From Calditrichaceae bacterium (lineage in GTDB: Bacteria > Calditrichota > Calditrichia > Calditrichales > JBFXGD01): a stretch of DNA of 26,495 nt. Shown here one piece after another: positions 18,118 through 26,495 of the stretch. The position numbers and the translations under genes are program-made. Each line of letters starts with the position of its first letter. The stretch's first letter is position 1. The notes under the pieces were generated by a model. It worked only from the letters and a program-made list of their open reading frames with translations, was not told the origin of the DNA and searched no databases. Location of the stretch: positions 1 through 26,495 of the forward strand of contig JBFXLE010000038.1 in assembly GCA_050173015.1 (NCBI GenBank), written 5' to 3'.

Positions 18118-19064
18118 TTGAGTTTTCCTCCGTCTCTTAACCCGTGAACAAGTAATTTTGTGTCAAACACACTTTTATTCGGAATAAAATTATCTCTGCG
18201 CACTCCGCATGGCTGGATACCTTCCCCGGATATACGGATTGACGCTCTGCACCCCTCGTTGCATTTTGATCTTAAGGCACAGGCATGATTCGCGCATAAA
18301 TTCGCTTCGCGGCTGATTTTGATCTTGAGCTGGCCTAAACCTACCGGGATCATATAGTAAACATATTCTTCATTTTTTTTCTCCGAAAGCCGGTACCCCT
18401 GTTTTTCAAGAAAATCGATCAGTTGGGACATTGGCTTGAACATGCCGGCAGGACCACCCTCAAGAAGATCAAAAAACTTCCAGGTGAGGCCTTTTCTTAC
18501 ACATGTAAAATCGATTATATCATCAATTTCATCGAAATTGAGTCCTGAATAGATGCAATTTACTCCGGTTCTTAATCCGCAGGTCAGAGCATATTCCACC
18601 GAATTAACAACGTGCTCAAACAATTGTTTACCGTTGGAAACACCGCTGTAATAAAGATATCGCTCCGGTTTCAGTGTATTCAGACTGATATTGACTTCAC
18701 TCAGCCCCGCGTTTACGAGACGATCATATAATCTGACCGACCCTGTTGTTCCATTGGTCGTTAATCCTATATTTTTAAAACCTGCCCGCCGGATCCCCTT
18801 TATCAAATGTGTCAGTGTGTCTGTCGGCATCAAGGTGGGTTCACCTGCCGAAGAAATCTGTACGGGAGTATGTGATTCATAATACGCGCTCAGGATGTTA
18901 ACCTGTTCAAGAATTACATTTACCTGAGAAAACGGATTATCATAGACGCAATTCACCACGGGCATCATATCGTTATGACACCAAACGCAATTCAGATTGC
19001 ATCGCGCGCCGTGTTCGTTCATTTTGAATTTGGGATAAAGCTCTATTCGCAGTTTCGCGTTCAT
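18114..19064 (-). CDS. Radical SAM protein, MoaA-like, with Cys-rich C-terminus
   Basis: CNLNCVWCH (CxxxCxxC), GEPTL, LTTNG, AGL..VNISLNTL..ERY; C-terminal CANHAC...CNEGC..IRI...IQPC. Start moved from TTG 19091 to ATG 19064 (GAGGAG RBS). Confidence 0.88.
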   Translation of the reverse strand: MNAKLRIELYPKFKMNEHGARCNLNCVWCHNDMMPVVNCVYDNPFSQVNVILEQVNILSAYYESHTPVQISSAGEPTLMPTDTLTHLIKGIRRAGFKNIGLTTNGTTGSVRLYDRLVNAGLSEVNISLNTLKPERYLYYSGVSNGKQLFEHVVNSVEYALTCGLRTGVNCIYSGLNFDEIDDIIDFTCVRKGLTWKFFDLLEGGPAGMFKPMSQLIDFLEKQGYRLSEKKNEEYVYYMIPVGLGQLKIKISREANLCANHACALRSKCNEGCRASIRISGEGIQPCGVRRDNFIPNKSVFDTKLLVHGLRDGGKLN

Positions 19065-19121
19065 TGATTTACTCCTCATTTTATCACTCAATTAATAAAG
19101 AGGAGAAATCAGCGGGCTTTT

Positions 19122-19523
19122 TTAAATTTTTTCAGATATTTTTTGAATTTTTTCGAATATATTTTTAATGACGGCTAAATCGGATAAAAGAGGTTTTTCG
19201 TATTCTTTCTTTACCCGGTGACGTGTACGGGAAAGACCGGCTAAATCCGTTTCGCTGATATTGATGTCCGGATAAAGATGACGAAATATTTTTCTGAAAG
19301 TCGCGTGCGGCTGATCGCTCAAAGCCAGGCCATATGTACTTAGTTTTAGCTCCAGAAGCCTGAAAACAGCGTCATAATAGGCTAAAAACCTGACCCGTTC
19401 ATCCGGATGTTCAAATTTTTGCCTTAATTGTTTCAAACTGCGGGTATTGCTTGCCCTCGCCTGCAGCGGGTCACATTTCTTTAATAACCCTTTTTGCTCA
19501 AAATTTTGTAAAAAGTTTATCAT
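19122..19523 (-). CDS. Small helical protein, HEPN-like
   Basis: Pattern RFLAYYDAVF.LLE..L...G......H..F...L..TRH....Y resembles standalone HEPN proteins; canonical Rx4-6H is not intact. Confidence 0.5.
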   Translation of the reverse strand: MINFLQNFEQKGLLKKCDPLQARASNTRSLKQLRQKFEHPDERVRFLAYYDAVFRLLELKLSTYGLALSDQPHATFRKIFRHLYPDINISETDLAGLSRTRHRVKKEYEKPLLSDLAVIKNIFEKIQKISEKI

Positions 19524-21311
19524 TTAAAAATGAACCGTTTCCTTTAATTTTCCCCAATTTCCCGATTTTATGTCCTTCACATCGGGCAGAATCAAATTGT
19601 ATCCCGGCATCGCTGTTTGGCACTGTCTGACAATTTCTGACATTTCGTAATCAGTTAGTATAAACATGCTGTTTCCGCCGGACCGCTCAACGGCCTCCAG
19701 TTTAACAAGAATCATGGATATCATTGGAGAACCCGTTCCGAAAATCCACTTTCTGGCCAACTTGATCAGCTTATCTCTCTTTTGCGCGTTTTTATCGTGT
19801 AAGCTGGCGCCAAAAGCCGCAATTATGCCGCTGTGAACACGAAACTGCCGCGGATTTTCCAATCGTCCGGAGTTTTCCAGCTTTGTTAAAATCTCTCTCA
19901 AAGTCTCGGTTGAACCGGAAAAATAGGCCGTATAACATTTATAATAGTCATTAAAGAAGATTTGCTCCGTTTGTTCATCCCTTGTCTCATGGACAGCCTT
20001 CTTTAGCAAAAGATGGGCCTGCGCGTAATTACCCGCGATCGTCTCATTGTGTGCCATATAGCAGTACAACCGGGCCATGGCATCATATTCTCCACTCTTT
20101 TCCGCTATTTTTTCCGATGCTTCATAACAGGCGCGGGCTTCATCATTTCTGTTCCACCTGGCGTACAATTGCCCGAGACTGTTCCGGGTAGTAATATATT
20201 TATAATCGGGATAATGATGCCGTTCCAGCATATGCAGAGATTGTGTGAAGATATTTTCCGCCGCCTGGTAAGCGAACTGATCGGTAAGCCAGACGCCGTA
20301 TTTATTAAAAACTTCATAAATATCAACAGCGGGATCATGGTTATGTCCAAGATCCCGGACAATATCATAAGCCTCTCTGAAATATTCCCCGGCTTTGTCG
20401 CCGCGTCCCTCATGGGTATATTGCAACCCGAGTTCACCTAAAACATACGCGTATCTGGATCGTACAGAGGGTTTTGTGGAATCCCGGTACTGTTCGCGAA
20501 ACCGGTCCAGTATATCTTTTGCCGTTCGATTATCCTGAATCTGCAAAAAATATTTCAATTCCAGAAGTTCTCTGTCAATGTTCATTCTGATGGATTTCAC
20601 TTTTCGTTCAAAAAATTGCTCCCCCCAAAGCAACTTTACCACTTCGTCCAGATTCGCACAAAAAACATGCCGGCTATCATCCTGTTTATTATTATCAATC
20701 TGTGGATCAGCGCATAGAAAAATACGTTTGATAAACGGATGATTTTTTCGGACTGCATCCGTTTTTTCAACAATATGATCGACCGCCGAGAGTTTGCCAT
20801 GATGATCAACACGGGCGGAAAACGCGGCATCTCCCGGAATCGGCTGTTTTAACTGTTTTGAAATTAATATGACCGCGGCGGCAAGACCGATGGACGCTCC
20901 GCTGAAATGAAGCACATGTTGCCGGAATCCTTTTATCCTCGCCGGTTTCAGATAATAACGGGGTAATTCAAACGCCCATCCCTGTCGGAAAAAATATCGC
21001 GCCGCCTCCGCGGCATTTTCCAACGCTGATATAAAATTCTGATCATCGCTGATATCATTCTGCGGATTTCTATCCAGTGTGACGGGAATACACTGACCAT
21101 TTTGGCCGTCAAAAAACAGGGCATTCACGATACCGATCTCCGGTCCAGGGATCGTCATATTTCGTTTTTCAACTTCATTTAACAATTCTAAATATCTATA
21201 ATCCGACGCCCGCAGTGACTTCCCCCGCAAACGCGTTTTTAGATACCGTGTCAGTTCAAACCAGTTTTCTTCACGAATCAGCTGATTAATTTTTTTGTCG
21301 GAAATAGGCAT
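19524..21311 (-). CDS. Lon-family (S16) protease domain fused to C-terminal TPR repeats
   Basis: SGASIGLAAAVILIS...AFSARVD..GKLSAVD.IVEKT: Ser140 and Lys183 are 43 residues apart, as in the Lon Ser-Lys dyad. At least four TPR-like units (YVLGELGLQY..EG..DKA..YF.EA; NSLGQLY......DEA...Y..S). No AAA+ or SAVED domain seen. Confidence 0.85.
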   Translation of the reverse strand: MPISDKKINQLIREENWFELTRYLKTRLRGKSLRASDYRYLELLNEVEKRNMTIPGPEIGIVNALFFDGQNGQCIPVTLDRNPQNDISDDQNFISALENAAEAARYFFRQGWAFELPRYYLKPARIKGFRQHVLHFSGASIGLAAAVILISKQLKQPIPGDAAFSARVDHHGKLSAVDHIVEKTDAVRKNHPFIKRIFLCADPQIDNNKQDDSRHVFCANLDEVVKLLWGEQFFERKVKSIRMNIDRELLELKYFLQIQDNRTAKDILDRFREQYRDSTKPSVRSRYAYVLGELGLQYTHEGRGDKAGEYFREAYDIVRDLGHNHDPAVDIYEVFNKYGVWLTDQFAYQAAENIFTQSLHMLERHHYPDYKYITTRNSLGQLYARWNRNDEARACYEASEKIAEKSGEYDAMARLYCYMAHNETIAGNYAQAHLLLKKAVHETRDEQTEQIFFNDYYKCYTAYFSGSTETLREILTKLENSGRLENPRQFRVHSGIIAAFGASLHDKNAQKRDKLIKLARKWIFGTGSPMISMILVKLEAVERSGGNSMFILTDYEMSEIVRQCQTAMPGYNLILPDVKDIKSGNWGKLKETVHF

Positions 21312-22479
21312 GGTGCAGTCTGATTTTTTTTGTAACGGAATAGAGTTCGTAATTCAATTCCACCGTCAGAATTTTATTGATAAACGCGGATATGCCCGGT
21401 AAGAATGCCTGACCGATATGATTATCTTCTGTGCGTATACTTTTTTCCCAGAGCACACCATCTTCATCGAGAATCCTTGAATCAACTATGGCGCCCGCCT
21501 TTGTGGTAACAACTTGTAAAGCCAGCGCCTCATTATTTACAAGTAGCTCAATAAAAAATGCCGGATCATCATGAAGAATAAATGCCCGGATTCCTGACAG
21601 CCGTTGCTCCAAAATATCCGGCTTTTCAACCGCGGATGCCGCGAGCCTGAAAACAGGCACCGATTCCGTTTCAATTTCTTTTTCAAGTTTTCCGAGATCA
21701 ACGATGTGACTTATATCCGTAGTCATGACATCCGGAAGTTCTTCTGATACCGCGATCATCTGTTCAACCGGCTCACGCATATAAGCGGTGATTTTATTTT
21801 CTTCTGTTTCAAAATAATACCGCCGGTCTTCAGCACCGGCAATTTTTGTAAATCCCGGGTTGGCTCTTCCTTCCGGAAGCCCGGCCATATACGACCATAC
21901 GTCCCGTATCAACTCGTCATAATGCTCGGGGATTGTCCCGAAATACCGATCAAGCTGATCGGTGAAAATCGGCTGCATGGATCCGATCCGGATAAGATAG
22001 GACATACCCAGGGTACTATCTTTTTCATCAATCATGACATCTGTATCGCATGCCTGATCGACACGGAAACTGATCGGCGCCGCCAGCACATCCGGCAAAG
22101 TTTCATTGTATGAATCATCATCATTGGTCATCACCATCACCAATCGGCGTTCCTGACGCGGCTGGGGCCAATTCAAAGGAAGACTGGTTTCAAAAATCTG
22201 TCCGAAGCCGTAATCGGAAGGTGGCGGAAGCTCTTTGCGTTTCCGAATATTATCGGTGATCTTCCTGATCCTGTCCGCGAGTCCGTATTTTTCGGCCCAT
22301 GCCTTATAATCACCCTTCGATGGCGGGTCACCGCCGAGTTTTTGTTCCCACAGCCCTGCCAGATAGGCTTCGCTTCTGGGATCTTTGACAATTTCCTGAG
22401 CCATTTTGCTCATGGTCTCTTCATCATATTCGGCGTTAAAAAAACGCCTTAGTTCTTCATCAGAATATTTTCTGTTCAT
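21286..22479 (-). CDS. CalpT-like putative anti-sigma factor / protease substrate
   Basis: Anti-sigma-like N-terminal helices; central MazF-like region (GQIF...LVMVM...VLAAPIS...D.D....STLG...DRR..F..EE); acidic linker with RLAAS (278-282); beta-rich C-terminal ~110 aa. Overlaps both neighbouring genes. Confidence 0.6.
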   Translation of the reverse strand: MNRKYSDEELRRFFNAEYDEETMSKMAQEIVKDPRSEAYLAGLWEQKLGGDPPSKGDYKAWAEKYGLADRIRKITDNIRKRKELPPPSDYGFGQIFETSLPLNWPQPRQERRLVMVMTNDDDSYNETLPDVLAAPISFRVDQACDTDVMIDEKDSTLGMSYLIRIGSMQPIFTDQLDRYFGTIPEHYDELIRDVWSYMAGLPEGRANPGFTKIAGAEDRRYYFETEENKITAYMREPVEQMIAVSEELPDVMTTDISHIVDLGKLEKEIETESVPVFRLAASAVEKPDILEQRLSGIRAFILHDDPAFFIELLVNNEALALQVVTTKAGAIVDSRILDEDGVLWEKSIRTEDNHIGQAFLPGISAFINKILTVELNYELYSVTKKIRLHHAYFRQKN

Positions 22480-23549
22480 GATTCGATTCCTGTTTCTGAT
22501 AATGATGCCAATGGATAATCTTCGGTGATTTTTTTAAAAAACAACCTCATGATATATCCGGGATCGCTTGTTTCGATATGCTCTTGCCAGGCTTGCCCAA
22601 CCATCTTAAAAACAGCATCCGCGTTATATTCCACATGATTCCTGATAGTTGACGCTTTGAGATCTTTACCGGCGAGACTTTCCGCTATTTTATAGACATC
22701 CGTTTTTAAATGCTCATCTTTTGGTATGCTGATATAAGCGTGGGCGTAATATACGAGAGAACGTTTGTATTTTGGCTTAGTGGCGCTTATCACCTCCTCA
22801 TAAAAAACGTCGAATCCCGAATTTTCTTCATCTACAGGATATTCAAGGTGCTCATGATCCCTATCAACCCTTTCCGCGAATATTAGACGGTCTTCTCCCT
22901 GATGGAAAAAACCACTGTCATCTAGAAGCTTTAAAAAATGATTGATTCGAAGGGAAGCGATCACCGTTTCAAATGCCTCATCTATCCAGTCCAATAAATA
23001 TTCGCTGGTTAAATAATGCCACTTACTTCGAGGGAGAACGCCGACCACCCCCAACAGCCTATCCTGGTACAGTTCAGGAATTTCATTCCAGGAGCTCATG
23101 TAATAGTTCCGCGAATCGGCTTTAACCATGGGATCGATACAACGTTCTTTTATGAGGCCTTGCCAGTAATGATACTTTTCGGAATATTTGTCAAACAACT
23201 GGGAAAACCGTGTCTTAAATTCCGACCATTTACTTATCTTAAATTCATTATAAACCATGACATACACGTATGATTCGACATCTTCAATTTCAATCTGTAA
23301 ATCCGCGTTGCTGAATAAATTTTCACGTTCCATTAATTCAAATATAAAGGAACCCAGTTCATTCGTAAGCTCTTCACGCGTAACCGGATTATTCTGATTC
23401 TGATGCCGGTAATGACTGAATTTCGGATGACGTATGATCATCACATATTTTGATTTTATAAGATATGAAGCGATAACGCGGAGACTCTCATATATGGAAT
23501 CAAATGTTCCGGTTTGTATGAATTGAGCATAAGACTGTTTAAAATCCAT
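22476..23549 (-). CDS. Divergent sigma-70/ECF-like factor (CalpS-like position)
   Basis: Region-2-like helices (IYESLRVIA...REELTNEL...ESYVYVMVYN) and region-4-like HTH (KIAESLAG...ASTIRNHV). Start placed at ATG 23549 rather than 23615. Confidence 0.55.
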   Translation of the reverse strand: MDFKQSYAQFIQTGTFDSIYESLRVIASYLIKSKYVMIIRHPKFSHYRHQNQNNPVTREELTNELGSFIFELMERENLFSNADLQIEIEDVESYVYVMVYNEFKISKWSEFKTRFSQLFDKYSEKYHYWQGLIKERCIDPMVKADSRNYYMSSWNEIPELYQDRLLGVVGVLPRSKWHYLTSEYLLDWIDEAFETVIASLRINHFLKLLDDSGFFHQGEDRLIFAERVDRDHEHLEYPVDEENSGFDVFYEEVISATKPKYKRSLVYYAHAYISIPKDEHLKTDVYKIAESLAGKDLKASTIRNHVEYNADAVFKMVGQAWQEHIETSDPGYIMRLFFKKITEDYPLASLSETGIES

Positions 23550-24033
23550 GGACCCGCCGTCCTTTCTTAGCCATAAACTCACGGTATTTTTGCTGAAAAC
23601 GTTCAAAAATCGCATCAGGAATTTTTGTACCGGGTTGTGGTTTCATTTTCTGTAGATCTTCTGCCGGATATGGGTAGGAATGATCCACTAAAAACCAGCC
23701 GGATCTTTTGAGCTCAGGGATTTCATTGACCTTGATATAAATCGCCCAGCGCTTTTTATGATAATATTGATTTTCCGAGTTTTCATGAGTACCCGGCATC
23801 ATCCATGCTTTTAAATTATGCTTTTTTAAAACCGCCATCGGCCGGCAAGTATTATGAATTTCTTTTTCACCCCTTAGGCGGCCGAAGTTCACATATTTAT
23901 CAACGAGCCAGGCGATATGTCCTTCAGAGATGAACCAATCGTAGAATTGATAATGGATTTCTCCTTTATCCAGTAATTCCTGTTGGATATGATTGAAGGT
24001 TTTTTTGTGCTGAAGATTCTTTTTGGGAGTCAT
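23539..24033 (-). CDS. Hypothetical protein, possible PemK/MazF-like fold
   Basis: GGAGG RBS; G.IAW...RPMAVL......MMPGT matches the PemK RPxxV(L)...vPxT pattern; overlaps the sigma-like gene by 11 nt. Confidence 0.5.
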   Translation of the reverse strand: MTPKKNLQHKKTFNHIQQELLDKGEIHYQFYDWFISEGHIAWLVDKYVNFGRLRGEKEIHNTCRPMAVLKKHNLKAWMMPGTHENSENQYYHKKRWAIYIKVNEIPELKRSGWFLVDHSYPYPAEDLQKMKPQPGTKIPDAIFERFQQKYREFMAKKGRRVHGF

Positions 24034-24189
24034 TCATTCCTCCATGAATTATTTACCGGCGGTGATCCCGACCAAACGATTTTAGCGTCATGTATGTATC
24101 GTATTATAATCATAAATATAATTCAAAGCAATCGGGTAAACATATCGTCACTACCGGTAAGCAATTTCAATTCAACGGTTCACAAAAAT

Positions 24190-24606
24190 TTATTCTATAA
24201 CAGGCGCCGATTTCCAGTCTTTGTAAACATGGAGGTCCATTTCAATGAGTTTCAGACAAAGACCGAGCACCGCGGCGTCATCGAGATAACCCAGGAAAGG
24301 GATAAAATCCGGTATCAAATCAACCGGCATCAAAATATAAAGCAGTGTAAAAATGATGGCGCCGATCGCTTTTTTGGGGATTTTACGATACGAACCGTTC
24401 CAGTAATCACGCACCAGATTGAGCAAAATCTCAATATCCTTCACAAAGCGTTTGAGATGTTCACTCTCCAAAACCTTTTTTAGGATATTTTCGGAGTTCG
24501 ACACCACATTATTAATATCCTCGTCGTTAATCTGTTCCGCGTTCTCTTTGATATAATCCGGGTTGATTTTTTTTAGATTTTCTTTAAAAGAATTTTTCAT
24601 CTTCAA
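24190..24606 (-). CDS. YkvA / DUF1232 family protein
   Basis: Signature LLYILMPVDLIPDFIPFLGYLDDAAVL. Confidence 0.92.
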   Translation of the reverse strand: MKMKNSFKENLKKINPDYIKENAEQINDEDINNVVSNSENILKKVLESEHLKRFVKDIEILLNLVRDYWNGSYRKIPKKAIGAIIFTLLYILMPVDLIPDFIPFLGYLDDAAVLGLCLKLIEMDLHVYKDWKSAPVIE

Positions 24607-24857
24607 CTCCCTTAACTTTTGGATTGTTGGAATTTTGATAAGCTCCTATGAAAGTGAACTTATCCTGTTTATTATTTAAAGAGAAGAGATTCAGGAAGTT
24701 TTTTAAATTCTTCAAAAAAAAGACAAAAGAAGTAAGAGCGTTAAGAGAAAAGAGTTATAAGTAGGGAAAGAAAGTAAGAAGTAGGAAGTAGGAAGTAGGA
24801 ATTTAAAAGCGTTAGAGAAAAGAGTTAAGAGTTAAGTGTGGGGACGGACCGAATGCA

Positions 24858-25148
24858 GTTAACCACCGTAAACCGTAAATGTCATCCCGGAGGGATCTTC
24901 TGCTTTCTTGGGAAATGAAGAAAAATAAGAAGTAAGAAGTAGGAAGTAAGAATTAAAGGACGTTAAGAGAAAAGAGTTAAGAGTTAAGAGTAGGGACGGA
25001 CCGAATGCAGTTAACCGCGAAAATTTGATTCCCCAATCCCGAAGGGATGACATTTTTGTAGAAAAACGGACTCCGCAACATTCCGCGACCCCGTCGGGGT
25101 CGAACAATGACACCGGGATTCCCTGTTCTACAAAGCCGCGACACCTCC
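24858..25148. repeat. 291-bp composite repeat, copy 2 (direct repeat of 244-534)
   Basis: Same start (GTTAACCACCGT) and end (GCCGCGACACCTCC), same length. Preceded by heptamer tracts from ~24728. Confidence 0.9.
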
Positions 25149-25182
25149 GGCGGCAGGTGGAGTTAAGAAAAAGACGAAAACG

Positions 25183-25258
25183 GTCTGAACTTTGATTAAG
25201 ATGATTAAGAAACCGGAAATCAGAGTTTTCAATTAATCAGACGAATCATAGTTCAGAC
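25183..25258. repeat. Small inverted-repeat element
   Basis: GTCTGAACTTTGATT (25183-25197) pairs with AATCATAGTTCAGAC (25244-25258) at 14 of 15 positions. Confidence 0.75.
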
Positions 25259-25325
25259 AAGTAAGAATTTAAAAGCGTTAAGAGAAAAGAGTTAAGAGTG
25301 TATGAGTAGGGACGGACTGAATGCA

Positions 25326-25535
25326 GTTAACCACCGTAAACCGTAAATGTCATCCCGGAGGGATCTTCTGCTTTCTTGGGAAATGAAGAAAAATAAGAAG
25401 TAAGAAGTAGGAAGTAAGAATTAAAGGACGTTAAGAGAAAAGAGTTAAGAGTTAAGTGTAGGGACGGACCGAATGCAGTTAACCGCGAAAATTTGATTCC
25501 CCAATCCCGAAGGGATGACATTTTTGTAGAAAAAC
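25326..25535. repeat. Truncated third copy of the 291-bp composite repeat
   Basis: Near-identical to 24858-25067; ends after GTAGAAAAAC. Confidence 0.88.
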
Positions 25536-25557
25536 AAACCCCTCAACTGACCCTCCC

Positions 25558-26495
25558 CTCGATCCCCTCCCGCCTGAGGCGGGCAGGCTTCATAACGGGG
25601 GGGAACACAGCTATTAGCTATCGGCTATTGGCTATTGGCTATTGGCTCTCCAAACTGAAATTTTATCCTATAACCCTGCAATCTTGATTCTAAAATCTCT
25701 CACAAAGACACAAAGCTTTAGCGATTCCTCCTGGCTGACGGCGGGAACACAGCTATTAGCTATCGGCTGTTAGCTATCGGCTTTTCGATCGGAAATTCTT
25801 CCCTAAAAATCGACAGAACTCTAAACTGCTCATTGGCCTGGCCGGGAAAAAGCTCAACATTTCCCGCTCTTTCTTAGCCGACGGCTGACAGCTGATAGCC
25901 GACAGCCATCTGGCTCTCGGCTGTTGGCTATTGGCTTTTCTAGCCGGAAAATCTTCCCTAAAAATCGAAAGACTTCTAAACTGCTCATTGGCCTGACCGG
26001 GAAAAAGCTCAACATTTCCCGCTCTTTCTTTGCCGACGGCCGATAGCTGATAGCCGACAGCCGCTCCCGTCTCAATCCCCTATGAATAACGGGGGGAAAC
26101 ACAGCCATTAGCTCTCGGCTGTTGGCTATTGGCTTTTCTAGCCGGAAAATCTTCCCTAAAAATCGAAAGACTTCTAAACTGCTCATTGGCCTGACCGGGA
26201 AAAAGCTCAACATTTCCCGCTCTTTCTTTGCCGACGGCCGATAGCTGATAGCCGACAGCGATCTGGCTCCCGGCTATTGGCTCTCCAAACTGAAATTTTA
26301 TCCTATAACCCTGCAATCTTGATTCTAAAATCTCTCACAAAGACACAAAGCTCTCGCGATTCTTCCTAGCCGACGGCCGATAGCTGATAGCCGACAGCCG
26401 CTCCCGTCTCAATCCCCTATGAATAACGGGGGGAAACACAGCCATTAGCTCTCGGCTGTTGGCTATTGGCTTTTCTAGCCGGAAAATCTTCCCTA
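25558..26495. repeat. Second modular A/B repeat field with embedded CRISPR-repeat derivatives, running off the window
   Basis: Palindrome-bearing repeat variant at 25558-25603, then A, B, B, a 28-nt exact CRISPR-repeat fragment at 26069-26096, B, A, another fragment at 26406-26433, then B. Confidence 0.9.

Noticed and set aside
18114-19064. Naming the radical SAM moaA or viperin
   Set aside because: No Moco gene context and a divergent Cys pattern; it also does not show the motifs I associate with canonical viperins. Left unnamed.
19524-21311. Calling the protease CalpL, housekeeping Lon or Csx29
   Set aside because: No SAVED domain, no AAA+ module, and a Ser-Lys dyad rather than the His-Cys dyad of CHAT.
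7592-24483. Plus-strand and nested ORFs overlapping the cas and accessory genes
   Set aside because: Antisense or alternate-frame shadows of well-supported minus-strand genes, with no recognisable motifs.
25558-26495. Second true CRISPR array
   Set aside because: Repeats are truncated, 337 bp apart, and separated by repeated units rather than unique spacers.

Overview
A bacterial anti-phage defence island, with essentially all real genes on the minus strand. In transcription order (right to left): a YkvA/DUF1232 gene; a tightly coupled operon of a PemK/MazF-like ORF, a divergent sigma-factor-like protein, a CalpT-like putative anti-sigma, a Lon-protease-TPR fusion, a small HEPN-like protein, a MoaA-like radical SAM enzyme, a CMPK2/thymidylate-kinase-like kinase and a GreA/B-like protein; then a type III-D CRISPR effector operon (HD-less cas10 with GGDD, cas7, csx10 with probable Cas11 tail, double cas7, csx19, insertion-containing cas7) and a Cami1-like CARF-RelE effector; then a leader and a 21-repeat/20-spacer array (37-bp repeat, 4182-5735). 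No cas1, cas2 or cas6 is in the window. Past the array trailer, and again at the right edge, lie modular repeats of ~90-bp cores between heptamer-periodic inverted arms. These carry truncated CRISPR repeats and enclose a four-helix-bundle gene. The island is bracketed by 291-bp direct repeats. Best novelty candidates: (1) a SAVED-less, TPR-bearing Lon/anti-sigma/sigma cascade beside a III-D complex, (2) a viperin-CMPK2-like radical SAM plus kinase pair, (3) CRISPR-repeat-bearing mobile-like repeat units. All family calls come from motif recognition by eye; no database searches were run.
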